64,000 bases of DNA. Origin: Dehalococcoidia bacterium (GTDB taxonomy: Bacteria; Chloroflexota; Dehalococcoidia; Lucifugimonadales; UBA2962). The notes below the pieces were generated by a model. The model did no database searches, was not told the DNA's origin, and worked only from the letters and a program-made list of their open reading frames with translations. Within the stretch, counting starts at the first letter, position 1. Each line of letters starts with the position of its first letter. A program made the position numbers and the translations under genes. Positions 57,463 to 64,000 of this stretch are shown here, in pieces. The stretch is from assembly GCA_965219325.1 (NCBI GenBank), contig OZ244723.1, positions 1,981,803-2,045,802 on the forward strand. The letters are read 5' to 3'.

Positions 57463-57933
57463 TTGCGGCGCCACCTTATTCTGCTTGTCGAGGCTGTAGG
57501 GATGGGAGCGAATGAACTATTCATCGTCCCTTTCGCATGGCCTTACCGACTTGCGGTCTATTGCGGGATAGTGGCAATTACCGCCGTGGCCCTATACGGC
57601 AGCGATATCGTCGGATGGCTCCATTCTGGGGAAAGAATACGCCGGAGAGCTATCAAGCAGCGAGAACAGGATCGGAAACAGCGCACGCGCGAAAATGAAA
57701 GGCGTGTTGCTGATCGCCTCCGAGAGATCAAGAGAACGCCTTGGCTAGGAGAGCCAGATTACGATCCTGAGACCGGGATCATAAGGAGCCCGATAGAGCC
57801 TAGGCGCACATGGAGGGGACGGGTGATGAATGTCTTGATCTGGGTGTCTAATCGGTCTTGGTGGGTGAATTGGTCAATCACCGAAAAGGTAGTGCAAACA
57901 TTAGCTAAGCGTATCGGCATACGTGTGTCGTAG
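57463..57933 (+). CDS. Hypothetical membrane protein
   Basis: Two N-terminal TM segments, charged helix, Trp-rich C-terminus. Confidence 0.55.
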   Translation: MRRHLILLVEAVGMGANELFIVPFAWPYRLAVYCGIVAITAVALYGSDIVGWLHSGERIRRRAIKQREQDRKQRTRENERRVADRLREIKRTPWLGEPDYDPETGIIRSPIEPRRTWRGRVMNVLIWVSNRSWWVNWSITEKVVQTLAKRIGIRVS

Positions 57934-58014
57934 TCTGCGACACCAGTTCGCTAGCCTAACGCGGCCTTTGCTGGCCACCTGAATCTGAAGGGAGTCAAAT
58001 CAAGCTGATGCCGA

Positions 58015-58195
58015 AGATGGGTGAGGAAGAAGCGAACTACGCCGGAGAAGGGATGTATGAGCCAGACAGCTACGGTCGTTCAACCCACCTGATGGAGAGC
58101 CGGATGCAGTGAAGGCCGCACGCCCGGTTCGGTGGTGGGATGGCCCATACCAGCAGGAGCAGTCCGGTCATTGGCGCCGCCGGCCCCACCCAAAT
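58015..58195 (+). ncRNA. 3' fragment (DIV-DVI) of a related ORF-less group II intron
   Basis: 31-nt identity (58029-58059) with 9679-9709; DV gagccggatgcagtgaaggccgcacgcccggttc; ends ccccacccaaat; DI-DIII absent. Confidence 0.8.
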
Positions 58196-58598
58196 CACGA
58201 TTCGGGGGCAGGTCACCTGGGCTCGTTTGACAGTTACCAAGGTGAGCGCTGGCAGATTCTGAATGAATCGGTTCAGGTGAAGGTTGCGGAGAGGGCGAAG
58301 GAACGTGATGATGCGTCACTCAGAATTTGGGCAGCCGCATGTAGTTCGTCAAACGTGGGGCGTCTGGAAACGGCGACCACGTAGTTTGCCGAAGGGAACT
58401 GATGAAACCGGTGCAAGGGTGGTGGGTGCGGCTGGCCCGGCCGATGCCATTGGAGTCGCCTATCCTTCTCCCCCTAGTCGGCAAGTGCCGGTGTTGATAG
58501 ACTCGACTCAAGGAGACTTGGCCAGCGAGCTAGGCGATTGCTGGCGTTGAGTTTCTGGGGCAGCCAGTCGTGAACACGTCATTCATGAAGTTCAACGG

Positions 58599-59276
58599 AT
58601 GATTGCGCTCGATTCAATCAATAAGCTGAAGACTTCAGTCGTGTATGTGACCGATAGTTCGGGGCGGGAACCCGATTTGGGCCTGCTTATCGGGGCGGAC
58701 CCCGATGTCATGCGTCGATTTATCGATGCTCCAGAGGCCAGCCCTTCTGCCGCTGGTGGGGTCGTCCTAACCAGTATGCGCAATCAGTTTAAAGTCACTA
58801 TAGATGCAAACAGGCTAGATTTTGATGACGGCAGTGAGCAGTTACCCGCACGGTCAGACTTTCCAGAACGCGTAGCAACGACAGCCGAACATATCGTAAG
58901 GCAGAGCGACAAGATTTGTTCTGCGATCGGCCTTAACTTCCATATCGAGGCCGCGTCCGATGACGGAGAGCTGCCTAGTAATGCAGTCTTAGCGCGGCTG
59001 ACAAGAGTAGACAGGCTCAACAGCGTCGGCTACAAAGCGATAGGCGTATCAGCGAGATTTTGGTACGAAGCTGGCGATAGCGAAAAAAAGAGGTATGATC
59101 TTCGCCTTGAACCCAGAGGCAGCCAATATGCAGGCGCGAATTACTTCGCATCCTTGAACGTCCACTTTGCTCTGTCGGGCGGCGTTCCCTCAGTGGACTG
59201 GCTCTCAGATGGGCTGAATGCAGAGTACAGAGAATTCTTGAGGATCTTGATGCAGCTTCTGGATAAGAAGGGTTAA
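58599..59276 (+). CDS. Hypothetical protein, TIGR04255-like (gene 1 of triad)
   Basis: 225-aa alpha/beta pattern with AIGLNF, YDLRLEP and LNVH; family assignment from memory only. Confidence 0.55.
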   Translation: MIALDSINKLKTSVVYVTDSSGREPDLGLLIGADPDVMRRFIDAPEASPSAAGGVVLTSMRNQFKVTIDANRLDFDDGSEQLPARSDFPERVATTAEHIVRQSDKICSAIGLNFHIEAASDDGELPSNAVLARLTRVDRLNSVGYKAIGVSARFWYEAGDSEKKRYDLRLEPRGSQYAGANYFASLNVHFALSGGVPSVDWLSDGLNAEYREFLRILMQLLDKKG

Positions 59277-59279
59277 GCG

Positions 59280-59774
59280 ATGAGAACTCCCTACGTTTAT
59301 CACTCTGAGACATCGGCTACGAACCTCGAAACGAATTCGCCATCCGATTACGGTGTTGCCAATCGATCAGTTTTCCAACCGTTGTCTTTCCAGTGGAGAA
59401 TTGTCCACGATTCGAAGCCTACGCCGGTTGCCTACGGTCAAGTCGGTTACCTTGCGCTCGTAAGTAGATTCTCGGATCTTCTGAAGTTGGAGCGGCAGAT
59501 CAAGGAGCGGACGGCGGCGGTTTCTTTGAATTCGGGTGCTCTACAGTTGATGGATGCGCTGGACAAAGAAACCTCCATAAGGTGGGAAGATCTGCCGGAG
59601 CGTTCTGGGGGAGACTGGATGGAGGCATGTCGGGCTGCCACGCTCTTGGCTGGTGCTAATCTGTGTGATGCGAGTCCTACGCGCCTCAGACTTACCGAGC
59701 ACGGACATAGAATGCTTGGCGGGGCAGAACTATCCGAGCGGATGGACTCTGAGGTTGGCCCCCCAGCAGCCTGA
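59280..59774 (+). CDS. Low-complexity N-terminus + winged-helix C-terminus (gene 2 of triad)
   Basis: ALQLMDAL..IRWEDL...LRLTEHG; starts 3 nt after the gene 1 stop. Confidence 0.6.
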   Translation: MRTPYVYHSETSATNLETNSPSDYGVANRSVFQPLSFQWRIVHDSKPTPVAYGQVGYLALVSRFSDLLKLERQIKERTAAVSLNSGALQLMDALDKETSIRWEDLPERSGGDWMEACRAATLLAGANLCDASPTRLRLTEHGHRMLGGAELSERMDSEVGPPAA

Positions 59775-60291
59775 CAGCCTCCTTGCTCGAGAGAGCTTGC
59801 GTGTCGTCGTCTTGGGTCCGGGCGAGGCGCAACCAGAGGATCTCTGCAAACGTCTCCAGGTTAAGTCTCGCTTGGTGGATAAGGGCTACATCCGGGCTCA
59901 ATTGGGGGAGGAAGTCATCGGCGACGCAGAGATGCCTTTGCACATGGCGCTCTTGTCTGCGCTGGGCGACATCGATCTGCTCCTTGTGCTCAACACGGGC
60001 CCGGCTCCCTTGGCAGAATTGGCCGCCATCAGCCATATCTATAGAGCGAGAGAGATCACCAGAGTCTGGTTTAAGCGAGAATACGTCCAGGGCGGGCGTT
60101 CGACTCCAACAGACGTTGTGAGCACATTTGAAAACTGGCCGTTTAACCCAGATGAGTTCACAAGTTGCGAGTTAGTTGAATCACTGTTGGAAGCTACAGA
60201 ACGGGCCTGCATCACGAAGGCACAGAAAGAAGGTCGGCTAGCTAGTATAGGCTTTCTCCCTCCAAGCGAGGATACTCCAAGCGTATCGTGA
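59755..60291 (+). CDS. Nucleoside 2-deoxyribosyltransferase/TIR-like Rossmannoid protein (gene 3 of triad)
   Basis: RVVVLGPG..KR..L..GY..GEE...DLLLVLNTGPAPLAELAAI; start codon uncertain (TTG 59755 overlaps the gene 2 stop). Confidence 0.55.
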   Translation: MAPQQPDSLLARESLRVVVLGPGEAQPEDLCKRLQVKSRLVDKGYIRAQLGEEVIGDAEMPLHMALLSALGDIDLLLVLNTGPAPLAELAAISHIYRAREITRVWFKREYVQGGRSTPTDVVSTFENWPFNPDEFTSCELVESLLEATERACITKAQKEGRLASIGFLPPSEDTPSVS

Positions 60292-60555
60292 CTTTCGTGA
60301 TACTGGATGCTACGCGAGTCGGATGGCTCGGCGAATTTCCTGTACGTGGTGTCCACCGGCCGTAGCTCCTACATTGAAAGAGTCCAAGCAAACTTAGCAT
60401 CAGAAGGTTTGTACAACGCGGCAGGCTGAGAAGGCTTGTCCGTGTTGGAACGCTACTCCCCAATGTATGAGCGGCAACGCTAGTACTCCAGCAGCCACAG
60501 AAAACCGATCAAACTTGGGCATTCCTCGGACAAACATGACAACGGACATAGAGAG

Positions 60556-61752
60556 ATGGGACCTTTCAGTGAACCGCGCGAGCATTCAGATGAGGTCGAT
60601 CAACAGCAGGTAAGCTGCCGACCATTAAACGATCCGGCGCTTTGCGAGAGAACCGATTCGATTGGCTGCAGAAGTCAAGCTAGACGCCTGTACCGGCTGG
60701 TCGGCATAGTCTCGGGGGCGCTGGCAATGACGGTCCTGTTGACTGGTTGCCAGACGGATGCTCAGCGAATCCGAACGACGAATGAGGCCCTTGCCACGCT
60801 GGGAGTGGAAGGTACTGCTCTCAGCGCGCAGATCCAGTCAATCGACCTGAAGGAGGGAGACTGCATAGATTCGACCCTTCCGGAGGGTGTCAGCATCGAG
60901 ACGGTGGAGATAGTCGTTTGTGCCGGCGAGTGGCAATATAGAGTCTTGAATTCGTTCGAGGTCGCTGGTGCCGACCACTATCCGGGGGAGCGTTACTTCT
61001 CGAGGAGGGCAGAGGAAAGCTGCGATCGGCGTTTCACCTACTTTCTGTACCCACTATCGGACTCCTGGAATCTGGGGGAACGGACGGTTGACTGCCTGCA
61101 ACACAGCTTTGGACTCGCAGTAGATGACCCCGACAAGCTCGATCGTCTAGTCAACTCTACCCTACTTGCGGTAGGGGAGTGTTTCAATGAAGCTCCCGAG
61201 ACCGGAGGCCAGTCCGTAGAGCTAGTCGAGTGCTCGGGCGAGTGGGATTTCAAGGTCCTAGCGTCGTTCGAGGTACCCGATTATGACGCATATCCGGGAG
61301 ACGACTACTTCAGTGAACAGGCTAACGAGAGGTGCGATTCCCGGCACAGCTCCATCCTTTACCCACTTGCCGAGACTTGGGACCTGGAGGACCGTACCGT
61401 CAGTTGCCTACAGGATAGCTTCGGGCTCTCGTTCAGTGACCCTGACAAGCTGGACAGGCTGGTCAATGTTGGTTCACTCAATCCTGGACAGTGCTTTAAC
61501 GAACCTCCAGAAACCGATCATGTTCTCGTCGAGGTAGTCCATTGCGACCGCGACTGGGAACTCCAGGTGACGGAACGTTTCCAGGTATCGGTTGACGGAG
61601 CGTTTCCAGGCGCCGGCTACATCGAACGCCAAGCCACACAGCATTGCGGGTCCGCTTGGGACTTCTACTACGGGCCCTCCGCCGAAACCTGGACGTGGGG
61701 GAATCGGACTATAGTCTGCGCAAAGGCGAGTGAGCCCTTGAGCCAGCCCTAA
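60556..61752 (+). CDS. Lipoprotein with three septum-formation-like Cys repeats
   Basis: Lipobox LLTGC; repeated G.C....V.C..EW..V...F...YPG...A...C...P..TW..G.RT..C; true start probably downstream of 60556. Confidence 0.75.
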   Translation: MGPFSEPREHSDEVDQQQVSCRPLNDPALCERTDSIGCRSQARRLYRLVGIVSGALAMTVLLTGCQTDAQRIRTTNEALATLGVEGTALSAQIQSIDLKEGDCIDSTLPEGVSIETVEIVVCAGEWQYRVLNSFEVAGADHYPGERYFSRRAEESCDRRFTYFLYPLSDSWNLGERTVDCLQHSFGLAVDDPDKLDRLVNSTLLAVGECFNEAPETGGQSVELVECSGEWDFKVLASFEVPDYDAYPGDDYFSEQANERCDSRHSSILYPLAETWDLEDRTVSCLQDSFGLSFSDPDKLDRLVNVGSLNPGQCFNEPPETDHVLVEVVHCDRDWELQVTERFQVSVDGAFPGAGYIERQATQHCGSAWDFYYGPSAETWTWGNRTIVCAKASEPLSQP

Positions 61753-62450
61753 TGCCCGGCGTGCCAGACATGGAGCGTTCCCATCGCCCAGCGTCCCTCC
61801 GCAGTTGATCCGAAGGTCAAGTGACAGGAATTCGCCCCGGCTCACAGTGCACCTAGCGGCTACCGTCCCCCTTGGGCGTAGCGGTCCTGGTAGTACTTGG
61901 GGGGGCAGAAATCCAGGCTCAGGGACTCGATTGCACCCAAGTCATCGGCCCGCGAGCCGCGTAGGTTGATCTGCCTCCAACATTCCTACCAATGGCTATG
62001 CTATTGGCATGAGCACCGGAGCGGGGCGTTGCAGTACATTCTCGGCGACTTCCTATTGATCCCGGCGCTCTCCAGACCGACCTAGCAGGTCGTACGGGAA
62101 ACGGGGCAAGTCCAACTGGCCCAACGCGTCGACATTTTGGCCATCCCAAGATTGCGGGTAGGCCAATACGATCCAACCTCGATTCAGGAATCTAAGCCAC
62201 TAGAATGAGAGTTGGGACGAAAACGATGCACAGCCTTTTTCGCACGAGCGTATAGACATCCCCATGTTCGTACAGTGGTAGCGGCCGAATAGCCCCCTCG
62301 CCGCATACGCACACGATTGCAGCGCTTCTCCCACCCAAGCCTAGTTGCCGGCGCAACACGCGTTTGCAGCGAGGTTGATCGCTACCTGCCTGTGCCGATC
62401 ATAACGACCAAATCGAAAGTCGGCGGATGGCAAGCGGTCAGTGGATGCGC

Positions 62451-64000
62451 CTAGGAGTAGGCGACTCCTCCACCTCCGGCACGGGGGTCAGAACCTCCCT
62501 CAAACGAGCCGTCAGACTTCTTGATCGCAGCCTGAACCCTGGCCATGATCGGGTTCAGTGGAAACGGGTCGCGGCGAATCTGGTGGCCAAGTCCTTCTAG
62601 CTCGGCGGCTACGTCTCCCCTGAACCGCGCCTCAAGGAATAGGGGGCCTCCCTCGCAGTGCACTCGCGGTGCCGATACCGCCTCTACGGCGGACATGTCA
62701 AAGTCGATCAGGTGCACGGCGGCCTGAAAGACGGCGCTGACGATGACCGCGCCCCCAAGGGCCCCGATAGCGACACTCGGTTGATCACCATCCCAAATGA
62801 GCATTGGCACCATGTTGCTCATGCGCGCTTTGCCCGGGGCGATAGAGTTGGGATGGCCGGGCCTAGGGTCGGCCAGGTTCATCCCGTTGTTGTAGATGAA
62901 TCCCAGACCCTTCGTAACCACTCCGGAAGCCCACCCTAGGGTGTGCGTAAGTGAAACCATGCTGCCCTGCTCGTCGGCAACACTCACCGTGGTCGTATGA
63001 CCGTGCTCAATTGAGGCCTGTCGCGTCGAGCGGAATAGACCACTGCGTATCTGCTCCACCTGATCGGCGAGCCGGCCCTCGTTCAGGATCGTATCCTCAA
63101 TGGGGACGGTAGCGAATTCCGGGTCGGCGTTGTATTCGAGCCGGTCGATGTGAGCCAGCCCGAGAGCTGATCCGATCACTCTCAGATACTCGACACTTCC
63201 GTGACGCATGGCCCCAAGGTCAAACGGTTCTACGAGCCTAAAGAGTTGCAGAAGGGACTGGCCGGTGTCGGGAGGCCTCACTGCGGTTACCTTGCGCCCC
63301 CGGTAGCTACCTGCCAGCGGCTCGTAGACTCTTGGCCGGTAGGCACTCAGGTCATCAGACGTAACAAAGCCTCCGCCTTTTGCGATGTCGTCGGCGACCT
63401 CGCGTCCCAACTCTCCAGTGTAGAATTCTTCTGGCCCGCCTCTCGCCAGTCTGTCCAGCGTGTCCGCCATGTCCGCCATGTCTATGAAATCGCCATACCT
63501 ATAGAAGTCCCCATCCGCATCGAGAAAGATCCGGGCGCACTCCTCGGTTGCCGAGAAACGTTGCAGCGCCGTAGGTTGGCCTGGCATCGTCGGCATGACG
63601 ATCCAGTCCATGAAGGTCGAATGAACCGGAAGCCCGGCCCGCGCCTGATCAACCGCGGGTTGCAGCAGGTCTGACCAACTCATGGTGCAGTACCTGCGAT
63701 GTATTTCGGCAAGGCCTGCGACTACTGTCGGGGTCATGATTGACGTATAGCCCAGTTCGCTGCGGTGGTCGGGGAACGAAAAAAGGCTAGATACCTCGGT
63801 CCGGACTGGAAGGTCTCGAGCCCACATGTCCTCGCGAGCCCGAGAGCCGGCACGGGCGGCAAAGCTGACCACCTTGTTCTCACCGGTCCGTCCGTCATAC
63901 AGCTGCGCCACACCCATACCGCCAGGACCGCACATGAATGGGTCCCATACCCACTGGGTGAAGGCGGCGGCTAGCGCCGCGTCGAACGCGTTGCCTCCCG
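62451..64000 (-). CDS. ggt: Gamma-glutamyltransferase (5' end outside window)
   Basis: GGNAFDAA, HTTTVSVAD (catalytic Thr), THTLG, PGKARMSNM, GALGG. Confidence 0.93.
   Translation of the reverse strand, partial: GGNAFDAALAAAFTQWVWDPFMCGPGGMGVAQLYDGRTGENKVVSFAARAGSRAREDMWARDLPVRTEVSSLFSFPDHRSELGYTSIMTPTVVAGLAEIHRRYCTMSWSDLLQPAVDQARAGLPVHSTFMDWIVMPTMPGQPTALQRFSATEECARIFLDADGDFYRYGDFIDMADMADTLDRLARGGPEEFYTGELGREVADDIAKGGGFVTSDDLSAYRPRVYEPLAGSYRGRKVTAVRPPDTGQSLLQLFRLVEPFDLGAMRHGSVEYLRVIGSALGLAHIDRLEYNADPEFATVPIEDTILNEGRLADQVEQIRSGLFRSTRQASIEHGHTTTVSVADEQGSMVSLTHTLGWASGVVTKGLGFIYNNGMNLADPRPGHPNSIAPGKARMSNMVPMLIWDGDQPSVAIGALGGAVIVSAVFQAAVHLIDFDMSAVEAVSAPRVHCEGGPLFLEARFRGDVAAELEGLGHQIRRDPFPLNPIMARVQAAIKKSDGSFEGGSDPRAGGGGVAYS

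Noticed and set aside
59755-60291. Retron, based on the effector resemblance
   Set aside because: No reverse transcriptase or msr-msd structure nearby; the adjacent structured RNA is a group II intron fragment
61760-62420. Possible transposase remnant or ncRNA between the lipoprotein and ggt
   Set aside because: Only short ORFs; no recognisable motif, terminal repeats or RNA fold
56266-62450. Integrase, tRNA or att site marking the ICE right end
   Set aside because: No tyrosine or serine recombinase motifs, cloverleaf or convincing direct repeat found by eye

Overview
High-GC bacterial window. Host is probably a Chloroflexota/Dehalococcoidia-like monoderm; this is inferred from gene content only. 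Most of it is an integrative conjugative element (ICE) with cargo. The core (~22.2-56.3 kb) has three parts: (i) a leftward DNA-processing operon (primase, Rad52-like annealase, TSCPD, Cas4-like exonuclease, SSB, RadC, DUF2958-like protein, orphan methyltransferase, SF2 helicase) punctuated by related GC hairpins; (ii) a divergent rightward transfer operon (VirB6-like, two pilins, PrgI fusion, VirB4, VirD4, replication-relaxation relaxase); (iii) an ImmR/ImmA-like switch facing four tandem small HTH genes. A 12-bp motif (AAGTGCTAGCAG) occurs both in the switch and at the backbone divergence point. Positions 1-22 kb are a nuclease/defence-rich cargo zone: MmeI-like MTase, HNH, four EEP nucleases, a broken NERD-helicase, a PGN_0703-like REase, a frameshifted GIY-YIG, GmrSD, a Cas2-like protein and two orphan nuclease-like genes. 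This zone contains two extra, truncated copies of the ICE helicase 3' end, suggesting relics of tandem ICEs. An ORF-less group II intron with intact EBS/IBS pairing lies at 9519-10255, and a related 3' fragment at ~58.0-58.2 kb. The right end carries a lower-GC three-gene candidate defence module, a repeat lipoprotein and a partial gamma-glutamyltransferase. No integrase, tRNA, rRNA or CRISPR array was seen. All family names come from motif recognition, not database searches.
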